A stretch of DNA of 64,000 bases from Pseudomonadota bacterium (GTDB taxonomy: Bacteria; Pseudomonadota; Gammaproteobacteria; Steroidobacterales; Steroidobacteraceae), in NCBI GenBank assembly GCA_025355245.1, contig JANXZZ010000043.1, forward strand, positions 18,016 to 82,015, written 5' to 3'. Made by a program: the position numbers and the translations under genes. The notes under the pieces were generated by a model. It was not told the DNA's origin, did not search any database, and saw only the letters and a program-made list of their open reading frames with translations. This document shows, one piece after another, positions 1 through 9,006 of the stretch. Every line of letters starts with the position of its first letter. The stretch's first letter is position 1.

Positions 1-51
1 CTCGCCGTGACCCCCAGGCGCGTGCCGCCGACCCAGCCGCTGGTGCTACCG

Positions 52-1854
52 ATGCGAATCTGCGCCCGCTCCGCCGCTCTTGCCTCCCTGCTGGCGATCG
101 CGAGTGCCATTTCACCTGCCGTCGCGGCGACCGCACCGGCGGCTGCAATCGCGTGGAAGACGCAGTGGAATTCGGCCGTCTTCGAAACCGCCGCGCGCGA
201 GCACCGCTACGTACTCCTCGACCTGCACGCGGTCTGGTGCCACTGGTGCCACGTCATGGACGAGGAGACCTATTCGGATCCGCACGTGCGTGCGCTCATC
301 GCGAAGCACTACGTGGCGGTCGGCGTCGATGCCGACGGCGACCCGGCGCTCACGAGTCGCTACGGTGACTGGGGCTGGCCGGCGACCGTGGTGCTGGCGC
401 CCGATGGCACCGAAATCGTGAAGCGCCGCGGATTCATCCCAGCGGCGCAGATGGCATCGCTGTTGCAGGCAATCGTCGACGATCCGACCCCCGGTCCGTC
501 GGTCGCGGCCTCCGCCGCCACGCGCGCGCCCGCGGGCGCGCAGCTAGGCCGCCTGACCCGCAAGGCGCTCGAGCTCACCTACGCCGGACTCTACGACGCC
601 GAGCACGGCGGCTGGGGCTCGATCCACAAGTTCATCGATGCGCCGGCCATGGAGCTCGCCTTCGAGCAGGGCGATTTCAAGGACGCGGGCGCGATCAGTC
701 GCGCGCGCCAGACGCTGGATGCGAACCTGAACCTTATCGATCCGGTATGGGGCGGTGTCTACCAGTACTCCGACGAAGTCGACTGGCACTCGCCGCACTT
801 CGAAAAACTAATGGCGTTCCAGGCCGATGACCTGCGCCTCTACGCCGAGGCCTACGCGCGCTGGGGCAGCAGCTCGTACCGGGATGCCGCGCAGGCGATC
901 CGGCGCTACATGACGGATTTCCTGACCGCGCCGGACGGTGCGTTCTACGTGAGCCAGGACGCCGACCTATCGGTCGAGCATCCGGGGAAGACCTTCTACG
1001 TGCTAGACGACTCACAACGTCGCACGCTCGGGATCCCGCGCGTCGACACACATATATATGCGCGCGAGAACGGCTGGGCGATCCGCGCGCTGTGCCGCTA
1101 CTACGAGGTCACGGGCGATGAACCGGCTCTCGCCGCCGCGACGCGCGCCGCGGGCTGGGTGCTCGAGCACCGCGCACGAGCCGGAGGTGGCTTCCGGCAC
1201 GACGAGATCGACAGCGGCGGGCCGTTCCTCGACGACTCGGTCGCGATGGGCGAGGCCTTCCTCGCGTTGTACCGTTCGAGCGGCGAGCGACGCTGGCTCG
1301 CGTCGGCGGAATCGGCGCTCGGCTTCATCGCGATGCGGCTGCGCAGCCCGACGGCCGGATTCATCGCCTCGCCGGTTCCCGCTGCGGCGCGCGGCGTGTT
1401 CCGCGAGCCCGTCCGCGCCATCGACCAGAACGTCGCGGTCGCGCGCTTCGCGAATCTCGCCTATCGCTACACGGGCACCAAGGCCTACCACCGGTTGGCG
1501 CTGCACGCGATGAAACTGCTGGCGATGCTTCCGGGCGACAACGGTCAGTTGCATGCCGACGTGCTGCTCGCGGACCGCGAGGTCACGGCGGCGCCGACCC
1601 ACATCACGATCGTCGGCGCGAAATCGGATCCGGTAGCCCGCGAGCTGCACACCGCGGCGCTGCGGATGCCGGCCACCTACCTGCAGGTCGATTGGTGGGA
1701 CCGAGCGGAGGGGCCGTTGCCGAATCCGGCGATCCAGTATCCGGTACTGCCTGTCGCGGCCGCCTTCGCGTGTTCCGAGAACGCGTGCTCGACGCCAGTC
1801 TACGAACCGGGCAAGGTCGTTGCCGCCGTGCTCGCGTCCCGCGACGCAGACTGA
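52..1854 (+). CDS. Exported thioredoxin-fold DUF255/YyaL-like protein with C-terminal (alpha/alpha)6 epimerase-like region
   Basis: ORF 7..1854. ATG at 52 opens a Sec-type signal peptide (MRICARSAALASLLAIASAISPAVAA). Thioredoxin-like block LLDLHAVWCHWCHVMDEETYSDPHV...GDWGWPATVVLAPDG is typical of the DUF255 family. The ORF is open toward the window edge, so an upstream start cannot be excluded. Confidence 0.8.
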   Translation: MRICARSAALASLLAIASAISPAVAATAPAAAIAWKTQWNSAVFETAAREHRYVLLDLHAVWCHWCHVMDEETYSDPHVRALIAKHYVAVGVDADGDPALTSRYGDWGWPATVVLAPDGTEIVKRRGFIPAAQMASLLQAIVDDPTPGPSVAASAATRAPAGAQLGRLTRKALELTYAGLYDAEHGGWGSIHKFIDAPAMELAFEQGDFKDAGAISRARQTLDANLNLIDPVWGGVYQYSDEVDWHSPHFEKLMAFQADDLRLYAEAYARWGSSSYRDAAQAIRRYMTDFLTAPDGAFYVSQDADLSVEHPGKTFYVLDDSQRRTLGIPRVDTHIYARENGWAIRALCRYYEVTGDEPALAAATRAAGWVLEHRARAGGGFRHDEIDSGGPFLDDSVAMGEAFLALYRSSGERRWLASAESALGFIAMRLRSPTAGFIASPVPAAARGVFREPVRAIDQNVAVARFANLAYRYTGTKAYHRLALHAMKLLAMLPGDNGQLHADVLLADREVTAAPTHITIVGAKSDPVARELHTAALRMPATYLQVDWWDRAEGPLPNPAIQYPVLPVAAAFACSENACSTPVYEPGKVVAAVLASRDAD

Positions 1855-1878
1855 GCGCGCCGGCGCCAGCCGCGGGCG

Positions 1879-2406
1879 CTATTTTGCGCGTGTGAGCGTG
1901 TAGGACGCGAACGTCGTGACGCGACCCGCCGTGTCCTTCGACTCGATCAAGAGCGATCCGCTCGCGCCGTCCGCCGCAATCGTCAGCGTGTCCCGGAACG
2001 TCGCTTCGGCGTAGGGAATCTCGAACACGAGCGTCTGCTGGTCGCGGTGGCCGGTACCCACGACGCGAGCGCCGGCGGCGCCGAAGCGATCGAGCCAGTG
2101 GACAACGTAATCGCCGGCCTTGGGGTCGAATCCGAAAAAGACGTCGGCGGCGTAAGCCGGTGGCCTCGCGGCATCGACCATCGACAGGCACAGCCAACCG
2201 TCGGCGAGCGTCCAGCGGCCCCGCGCGGAGTACGCGACCGGGGTGTGGCCGACAGCGCCGGTCATCCGCCAGCGCCCTTCCAGCCGGGCGAGGAATGGGT
2301 CGTGCGCAAGAGCCGGCGGGGCGGCGATCGACGCGGACAGGCCGGACGCGACGAGTAGGCCGCCACCGATGCAGCCGAGAAGTCTGCTCCGCACGCGCTC
2401 GGACAT
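1879..2406 (-). CDS. Hypothetical exported protein (possibly DUF1579-like beta-barrel)
   Basis: Distal part of ORF 1879..2646. ATG at 2406 (MSERVRSRLLGCIGGGLLVASGLSASIAAPPALA) gives a signal peptide. The upstream ORF extension is Arg-rich and overlaps the divergent gene. Family assignment is weak. Confidence 0.6.
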   Translation of the reverse strand: MSERVRSRLLGCIGGGLLVASGLSASIAAPPALAHDPFLARLEGRWRMTGAVGHTPVAYSARGRWTLADGWLCLSMVDAARPPAYAADVFFGFDPKAGDYVVHWLDRFGAAGARVVGTGHRDQQTLVFEIPYAEATFRDTLTIAADGASGSLLIESKDTAGRVTTFASYTLTRAK

Positions 2407-2620
2407 TGCGCATCTCTCCCCGAGCGGCGGGCGCGCGGCGCGCCGTCCAACGAGACTAGCGTACGCCTTCGGCTTGCTGCAACGCGAGATGGGACCCCGC
2501 AGCAGAGTACCGAGACGCCGGGTGCGGGGGACGCGCGCAAATCTGCACGAACGGGCCAATTTCCCGACTCGATTTTGCGGCCGGCTGGCGGCTGACTGGT
2601 ACCGCACCCCGCAGTGCAGG

Positions 2621-4186
2621 ATGGCGCAGCGCGCCGGGACCGCCATGTTCGCGCTTCACGGCTCGGCCGCTCTCGTGCTCGGGTATGGGATCGTGCTCAG
2701 CGCCGCGCTCGCGGCGGTGTGTGCACGCGGCGCAGGGCCGCGCGCACTCTTGCTGGCGCCGCTCGGCGCACTCGGCGGCCTGGTCGCGGGCGCGCTGGTC
2801 GGCGGACTCGCGCTGGCGGCGGCCGCTGCGCTGCTCAGCGGATCGCCGTCGCGCGGCGTCGCCGGCTTGGTGATGGCGACCGCCCTCCTGAGCGCGGGTG
2901 TCGCAACCGGACGGTGGCTGAGTCCCCGGCTCCAGGGCGACCGGCACAAGCGCGGCACCACCTTTGCCAACTCCGGCGCCCGCCGGCGCGCCGAGGCTGG
3001 CGCGGCGATCCGTTTTGCGGGCCTCGCCGTGACCGCCGCGGACGAGACCAAGCACTTCAAGCTCGTCGGCACGACGGGCACCGGCAAGAGCACGGCGATC
3101 CGCTCGCTGCTGGCGGCGGCGCTCGCGCGCGGCGACCGCGCGGTGTTTGCGGATCCGGACGGCGGCTACCTGGCGCGCTTCCACGACCCGGTGCGCGGTG
3201 ACGCGATCCTTAATCCCTTCGACTCACGCGCGCGCGCGTGGGACCTCTTCCAGGAGCTGCGCACACCCTACGATTTCGACCAGCTGGCGCGTTCCCTCGT
3301 CGGAGAAGGCACTGGCGCGGAGCAATCGTGGCGCGCCTACGCGCAGACGCTCGTGGCGGCCGTCATGCGGCGCGCGCACGCGAACGGGGTTCGTGACATC
3401 GGCGAGCTCTACCGACTGCTGACGGCCGCGCCACTCGAGGAGCTGCGGGCGTTGCTCGACGGCTCGCCCGCCCAGCCGTTCCTCGACGCCGGCAATGAGC
3501 GCATGTTCGGCTCCGGGCGCGCGGTCGCGACCGCGCGCCTGACCGCCCTCGACTACTTGCGGGTGCAAAGCGCTGCCGCTTTTTCAATCCGCGACTGGGT
3601 GGAGAAGGGCTCCGGCGCGCTCTTCCTGCCCTACCAGGCCGACCAGATCGCGGCGCTGCGCTCGATCATCTCGACGTGGATGCGGATCGCGATTTTCCAG
3701 ACGATGAGTCAGGGCGAGCGCGACCATCGGCTGTGGTTCGTTATCGACGAGCTAGATGCGATCGGCGCGATCGACGGGCTAAAGGACGCGCTGGCGCGAC
3801 TCCGGAAGTTCGGCGGGCGCTGCGTGCTCGGTTTCCAGTCGATCGCGCAGCTGTCGGCGCTGTACGGTCCGTCCGACTCGCAGACCATCATCGAGAACTG
3901 CGGCAACACGCTGATCCTGCGCTGCTCGGCGAGCGAGCAGGGCGGTACCGCGCGCTTCGCCTCGCGGCTGATCGGCGACCGGGAAATCGTGCGCGACACC
4001 GTCTCGCGCAGCCAGGGTGGCGGAATCCTCGGCGGGCGGCAGGGCTCGCTCAGCATCGGCAGCCAGCACGTGATTGAACCCGCGGTGCTGCCGTCGGAGA
4101 TCGAGCAGCTGGCGGATCTTCGCGGTTTCGCCAAGCTTGCCTCGCAGCCGGCCTGGGCGAGCGTCGTGCTCAACCCACTGGCCTAG
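2621..4186 (+). CDS. Type IV secretion coupling protein-like ATPase (VirD4/TraD/TrwB family, DNA-binding domain type)
   Basis: ORF 2243..4186. Plausible starts are ATG 2621 or 2645, followed by Gly/Ala-rich TM segments. Walker A FKLVGTTGTGKST, Walker B RLWFVIDELDAIG, and a GFQSIAQL block typical of T4CPs. Confidence 0.8.
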   Translation: MAQRAGTAMFALHGSAALVLGYGIVLSAALAAVCARGAGPRALLLAPLGALGGLVAGALVGGLALAAAAALLSGSPSRGVAGLVMATALLSAGVATGRWLSPRLQGDRHKRGTTFANSGARRRAEAGAAIRFAGLAVTAADETKHFKLVGTTGTGKSTAIRSLLAAALARGDRAVFADPDGGYLARFHDPVRGDAILNPFDSRARAWDLFQELRTPYDFDQLARSLVGEGTGAEQSWRAYAQTLVAAVMRRAHANGVRDIGELYRLLTAAPLEELRALLDGSPAQPFLDAGNERMFGSGRAVATARLTALDYLRVQSAAAFSIRDWVEKGSGALFLPYQADQIAALRSIISTWMRIAIFQTMSQGERDHRLWFVIDELDAIGAIDGLKDALARLRKFGGRCVLGFQSIAQLSALYGPSDSQTIIENCGNTLILRCSASEQGGTARFASRLIGDREIVRDTVSRSQGGGILGGRQGSLSIGSQHVIEPAVLPSEIEQLADLRGFAKLASQPAWASVVLNPLA

Positions 4187-5427
4187 ACGGCCGGCGAGAG
4201 CTCGAGTGGAAAGCGGCTCAGCACCTCGTGGCCGCTCGCGGTGATCAGCACCTGCTCCTCGAGTTTCACGCCCTCGATGCCGCCCACCTCGCCGAGGTAG
4301 CTCTCGATGCAAAGCACCATGCCGGGCACGATGATCCCGTCCTGGAGCGCCGGGTCGGCGGGATCGCAGCCGATCGCGGGCCACTCGTCCACGAGCCCCA
4401 CCCCGTGCGCGACGCAGCCGTAGTTCTGCGCCGCGTAGCGCGCCGGAATGGTCCACGCCCGCTCCGTGAACTCCCGAAAGGCGAGGCCGGGGCGGAGCAG
4501 GGCGCAGTTGTACTGAACCTGTTCCGCGGCCATGTCCACGAGCGCCTGCTGTGCCGCCGACGGCCGTCCGGGGCCGCACAGGAACGTCCGGCTCACGTCG
4601 CTGCAGTAGCCGTAAGGGCCGACCATGTCGGTATCGAAGCTCACGAGCTCGCCTGCCTCGATGACCCGGTCCGAGGATTCCTGGAACCACGGGTTGGTGC
4701 GCGGACCCGAGCTCAGCAGGCGCGTCTCGATCCACTCGCCGCCGTTCTCGATGTTGGCGCAGTGCAGCTGCGCCCACAGCGCATTTTCCGTGATCCCCGG
4801 TTTGAGCGCGTCGCGCATGCGCTGCATGCCGATGTCCGCGACCGCGAGGGAGCGACGCATACACGCGATCTCCTCGGCGCTCTTCACGGAGCGGGCGAGC
4901 TCGAGCATTCGCTGGCCTTCGACCAGGTTGAAGCCGACGCCGCGCAGCGCCTCGGCGCCGACCAGGTCCGCGCGGTCGATGGCGAGGCGCGAGTTGGCGG
5001 GGCCCACGAGCCGTGTGACGACGTCGCGGATCTCGGCGGCCCAACGCCGGCTCACGGGAGCGGCGTGCTCGGCGACGTCGAAGAACGCATGGATCGTGCC
5101 CGGGCGGACCTCCGCGACGGCGGGCATGCGCGGGATGCCCGCGAGGCAATTCCTGTTGGAGTACTCAAACAGCACCGCCGGCCCTTCGACCGGCACCAGG
5201 CAGTACCGCCCCATGTTGTGGAGCAACCAGACCGTCATGTTCCGGGAATCGGTCGCGTAGCGGATGTTGATCGGGTTGATCAACAAGGCCGCCGCGCAGT
5301 CGTTCTCGCGCAGCTGCTGCTGGACGCGCGCATAGCGGTAGGCGCGCAGCGCCGCGAGGTCGATCGGCGGACCGTCGCCCACCGCTTCCGGCCGATGCAA
5401 ATGTCCGGCGCTGATTCGATTGGACAC
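4183..5427 (-). CDS. M24 family metallopeptidase-fold protein (creatinase/prolidase fold; DddP-like subfamily by motif)
   Basis: ORF 4183..5427. Motifs INPINIRYATDSRNM, ARSVKSAEEIACMR, GGEWIETRLLSSGPRTNPWFQE, FDTDMVGPYGYCSDVSRTF, YGCVAHGVGLVDEWP, KLEEQVLIT. The pita-bread metal ligand pattern is present. Confidence 0.85.
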   Translation of the reverse strand: MSNRISAGHLHRPEAVGDGPPIDLAALRAYRYARVQQQLRENDCAAALLINPINIRYATDSRNMTVWLLHNMGRYCLVPVEGPAVLFEYSNRNCLAGIPRMPAVAEVRPGTIHAFFDVAEHAAPVSRRWAAEIRDVVTRLVGPANSRLAIDRADLVGAEALRGVGFNLVEGQRMLELARSVKSAEEIACMRRSLAVADIGMQRMRDALKPGITENALWAQLHCANIENGGEWIETRLLSSGPRTNPWFQESSDRVIEAGELVSFDTDMVGPYGYCSDVSRTFLCGPGRPSAAQQALVDMAAEQVQYNCALLRPGLAFREFTERAWTIPARYAAQNYGCVAHGVGLVDEWPAIGCDPADPALQDGIIVPGMVLCIESYLGEVGGIEGVKLEEQVLITASGHEVLSRFPLELSPAV

Positions 5428-5467
5428 TTCCCCTCCGCTGGCAGACCACCGCGCGCGACGCCGAATA

Positions 5468-6193
5468 CTAGATTACTGACGTGTCGAGGCTTTGTGTATG
5501 GGATGTGGGTCGCTTCGGCAGCGCTCGGGGTGCCGCGGGATGAGCGCGTGCCAAGGCCTCGGTAGCCTGCTGCGCCAGCGTTGCCGCTTCGAATGCGAGG
5601 AGATCGCGGACGCTCGCGCGCGCTTGCACGCGCTCGAAGTGTGCCCGGCAGGCGAGGAAGGGCGTCACGTCGACCTCAAATTGAATTCCCCGGCGAAAGC
5701 ACCAGAAGAAATACGCATCGGCGAGCGTGAAATGTTCGAAGAACCACTCGCGGCCGGCGAGTCGGCGCTCGGCGATCGAATAGTTCTCGAGCATGAGCCG
5801 CTGCGCGCAGCGGCGCACGCTCTCCTCGGAACCCGGCAGGTCGCAGTACCGATGCGGGAGGACGTTCGGCGTCAGGGTCGGGTGGATGCCCGACGCGAAC
5901 CAAGCGAGCAGGGCAATCGCCTCGAACTCGCCGTCGCCATTCGGCAGCAGCTGCGCAGCGGGAAAGCGGCGTGCGATCCATTGGAGGATGGCGACGTTTT
6001 CGGTCAACGCCAAGCCGTCAACAACGAGCACCGGCACCTTGTGCTTGGGGTTGAGTCGCAGGTACTCCTCGCTCAGGTGGGTGCGTCGCCGGAAATTGAC
6101 GAGCTGCACGTCAAATTCGGCTCCGGCCTCCTTGAGCGCGACGTAGGGAACGAGGGAGCAGGCGGTCGGTGCGTAGTAGAGAGTGAGTTTCAC
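5468..6193 (-). CDS. Glutathione S-transferase
   Basis: ORF 5468..6295. GTG at 6193 begins VKLTLYYAPTACSLVPYVALKEAGAEFDV...LNPKHKVPVLVVDG, a canonical GST N-terminal thioredoxin-like domain. It lies 40 nt upstream of the M24 gene on the same strand. Confidence 0.85.
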   Translation of the reverse strand: MKLTLYYAPTACSLVPYVALKEAGAEFDVQLVNFRRRTHLSEEYLRLNPKHKVPVLVVDGLALTENVAILQWIARRFPAAQLLPNGDGEFEAIALLAWFASGIHPTLTPNVLPHRYCDLPGSEESVRRCAQRLMLENYSIAERRLAGREWFFEHFTLADAYFFWCFRRGIQFEVDVTPFLACRAHFERVQARASVRDLLAFEAATLAQQATEALARAHPAAPRALPKRPTSHTQSLDTSVI

Positions 6194-6377
6194 GGGTGCG
6201 ACCTGTGTCCGAGTCCCGCGCGCGGCGCGATGGAGTCCGGGCCAGGTGCGGGTCGCGAGTGCGAAGTAGCTCGGGTTCTGGTTGCGCGGTGGCATCGTCC
6301 CCGAAGGAATGGCGTCGGCGCGGCAGTGGTCGACCGGCGGGGCGCCGTGCGCCGCCGCCGGCTCTCAAGCCCTTCGA

Positions 6378-6689
6378 TCAGGACTTTAGGCGATTGACGA
6401 TGTTCTTGAAGATAATCATGAGCGCGCCGCCCGCAACGAACAGGCCGAGATTGGCGATGATTGCGGTCAGGTAGGAGCCCACCGCCGGAGCGGCGTTGAA
6501 CGCGCCCGCGAATGCCGTCAAGGCCAGCGCCGAGACGATGACCCGTACGTGGCTGTCGGCCGGCGCCGCCCAACCCACGACCAAGCCGCAAATAGGCAAC
6601 GCGAGCAGCGCGACGGGAGGAATGGCCACGAAGGCAGCAATCACCGCCAGCGCCACTCCGATCAACCCAAAGATCCTGTAGACAGTCAT
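6378..6689 (-). CDS. Small integral membrane protein, unknown function
   Basis: ATG at 6689 (MTVYRIFGLIGVALAVIAAFVAI...) is preceded by an AAGGGGTGGGA SD-like sequence. About three hydrophobic helices. No family recognised. Confidence 0.6.
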   Translation of the reverse strand: MTVYRIFGLIGVALAVIAAFVAIPPVALLALPICGLVVGWAAPADSHVRVIVSALALTAFAGAFNAAPAVGSYLTAIIANLGLFVAGGALMIIFKNIVNRLKS

Positions 6690-6958
6690 TTCCCACCCCT
6701 TAGTTTCGATTGTTTTGCTTCGTCGAGCCGGGCGTTGCCACACGCGCATTGCGGAAAAGCCGCTCGTAGCGCTCGATCGTTTTGAGTTATGAAGCGCCGC
6801 CCGTTGACAGCGCCCGGTCCGTGCGATGGTACACCCAACGCGTCAGGCTGGAATCCGGGCAGCGCCGTGTTGCTCCGCGTCAAGCGGACGGCGCGGCTAC
6901 CGCCGGCATTTTCGGCGAAGAGGCGGCAACGTCGCGAATTCGCCGACCGCGGCGACTG

Positions 6959-8947
6959 TCAGCGGCCGGGGGCATCGGTCCTGAAAGGGACGGCCGGGAG
7001 GCCGGCCGCGTTGCAGAGATTCCCATCGGGAGTGCTGCCCCAGTCGTAGCGCACCCTCGTCGGTCTCGGAACGGCCTTGCTCGTGAGGCTGACGCTGTTG
7101 CCCTCGACCTCTGCGCGAGCCCAGGCATACCGGCCGTCCGTTCCCGCGATTGCGAATCCGCGAAGCTCTGCGCCGTCACCGGTGACGACCAGGCCCGATT
7201 CCGCGCCGGCGAAGCTGACGAGGATCCGATCGCCTGCGATCCGCATGGAACGAAATTCGGGACCCGTGTCTATGACATCGCGCCCGTACACGCGTCGTTC
7301 GGCGACGAGCGCGAGCCGACGCGCGACCTCCTGCTTGTTCTTCGGGTGATTCTCGGTATCGCTGCCGAGGTCGATGGCAGTCGCCATCGCGGTCCGCAGT
7401 AGTCGCAGGGCCGCGGCCTGGGCCTCGCGCAGTTCCGCCCGCGGGCTTTCGGCGGGTTCCGCAGTCACTGCGCCGTAGCCGGGCAGCTGCACGAAGAAGA
7501 AGGGGAGCTCGTCCGACCACGCGTAGCGCCACGCCTCGATGAGTGCTGGGAACAGGTCGCGATACTGCGTGGCGCGACCGACGTTGCTCTCGCCCTGGTA
7601 CCAGATCACGCCGCGAATGCGATAGCGCGTCAGTGGCGCGATAATGCCGTTGTAGACCACCGTCGGCGCCTGCGGGAAACGCTGTCTGAACTCGGTGAGC
7701 ATCGGCGGCAACGGCAACTCGCTGATGTCGGGGCCAGTCGCGTACAACCAGGAACCCGCGAGCGGCAGCTTGCCGGCGTTGGTCTCTGCGTACATTTCAT
7801 CCGCCTCGCCCAGCATGCCGACGTAGCCGTCGCCGGAGGCGTATTCACCCTCCAGGCGAACCGCGATGACGTTGTCGCCGCTGGCGACTGCCCGTCCCGG
7901 GACAAGATAGTCCCGCGCGACGCTGTCGCCGCGCGTTTCACCGACCAGCTCTCCATTGAAGTAGGTCGCGTCAGCCTGAAGCAGCTTCGACAGGTGTAAG
8001 CGCAGATCCTGGCCGGCGCTCGACGGCGGCAGATCAAGGTGCCGCCGAAACCAGACGGCTCCATCGAAGTCCTTGGCCACCTTGATGGGCGAGGGTTGCG
8101 GCTCGATCGCGCTCGCCCAGCCACGGTCGTCGAGCGTTCGCGAGGCCCACGGCGCAAGCGCGCCGTCGCGGCCGCGGTCCTCGTGCGCGTGTTGCTGGTA
8201 CCAGCGGTTTCGCTGCACGAGGTAGCTGTCGTAAGCCGCGATCGTGCCGTCGGTGATTTCGCCCTCCAGCGCGATGGCCGGGGAAAACTCGCCAAATCTC
8301 CGCAGCCCGTGTTCGCCTATCCAGGTTTCAATGGGCGTTCCGCCCCAGGCGGATTCGATCAGGCCGATCGGGACGCCGAGCTCCTGGTGCAGGCGGCGGC
8401 CGAAGAGGTACGCGACCGCAGAGAAGCTGCCGACGGACTGCGGCGTGACGGCGCGCCAGCCGTCCGACGCGACGTCTGCGCGCGGCGTGAGCGCGGTCTC
8501 GCGTCCGACCATGAACAGGCGGATACCCGGAAACGAGGCGCCTGCGATCTCACGCTCGGAAAATTCGACACCGCCGAAGCCGCCCTCACCGAGGAGCGGA
8601 AACTGCATGTTCGACTGGCCCGACGCGAGCCACACATCGCCAACGAGGACATTGCTGAGCATGATGCGGTTGCTGCCCGTGACCGTCATGGCGTCGGGGC
8701 CGCCCGCGCGCTGCGCTGGCCAACCGATCGCCCAGCGGCCGTCCGGCGCCGTGCGCGCGCGGACCGTTCGCCCCCGGAAACGAATTTCGATGCGTTCGCC
8801 GGGGTCGGCCCATCCCCAGAGCGTGAGCGGAACGTCCCGCTGCAGCACCATGTTGTCGCCGATCAGGCGCGGCAGGCGGACCTCGCTCGACGCGCCGTCT
8901 GCAAGGATCGCGAGCGTCAGGCCTAGCAGGATCCATCGGGCATGCAA
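6959..8947 (-). CDS. Sialate O-acetylesterase-like (SASA/DUF303, SGNH-type) carbohydrate esterase, exported
   Basis: Distal part of ORF 6959..9616. There is no in-frame ATG before the signal peptide. TTG at 8947 gives (M)HARWILLGLTLAILADGASS. Motifs VWLASGQSNMQFPL and WYQGESN. The upstream ORF extension overlaps the 3' end of the GH3 gene. Confidence 0.8.
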   Translation of the reverse strand: MHARWILLGLTLAILADGASSEVRLPRLIGDNMVLQRDVPLTLWGWADPGERIEIRFRGRTVRARTAPDGRWAIGWPAQRAGGPDAMTVTGSNRIMLSNVLVGDVWLASGQSNMQFPLLGEGGFGGVEFSEREIAGASFPGIRLFMVGRETALTPRADVASDGWRAVTPQSVGSFSAVAYLFGRRLHQELGVPIGLIESAWGGTPIETWIGEHGLRRFGEFSPAIALEGEITDGTIAAYDSYLVQRNRWYQQHAHEDRGRDGALAPWASRTLDDRGWASAIEPQPSPIKVAKDFDGAVWFRRHLDLPPSSAGQDLRLHLSKLLQADATYFNGELVGETRGDSVARDYLVPGRAVASGDNVIAVRLEGEYASGDGYVGMLGEADEMYAETNAGKLPLAGSWLYATGPDISELPLPPMLTEFRQRFPQAPTVVYNGIIAPLTRYRIRGVIWYQGESNVGRATQYRDLFPALIEAWRYAWSDELPFFFVQLPGYGAVTAEPAESPRAELREAQAAALRLLRTAMATAIDLGSDTENHPKNKQEVARRLALVAERRVYGRDVIDTGPEFRSMRIAGDRILVSFAGAESGLVVTGDGAELRGFAIAGTDGRYAWARAEVEGNSVSLTSKAVPRPTRVRYDWGSTPDGNLCNAAGLPAVPFRTDAPGR

Positions 8948-9006
8948 GGGCTCGCAGTCCTCCGCCGTCCGCGGCGAAATCCGGTCCCGCGCCGCGCGGG
9001 CTCCGC

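Noticed and set aside
2243-2620. N-terminal extension of the coupling-protein ORF, starting at 2243.
   Set aside because: The extension is Arg/Pro-rich and overlaps the divergent exported-protein gene (1879..2406). The membrane-anchored T4CP architecture starts at the ATGs at 2621 or 2645.
2621-4186. Calling the region an integrative conjugative or mobile element because of the T4CP-like gene.
   Set aside because: A single coupling-protein homolog is insufficient. No relaxase, mating-pair-formation genes, integrase, att-like repeats or tRNA target were seen, and base composition looks uniform with the flanks.
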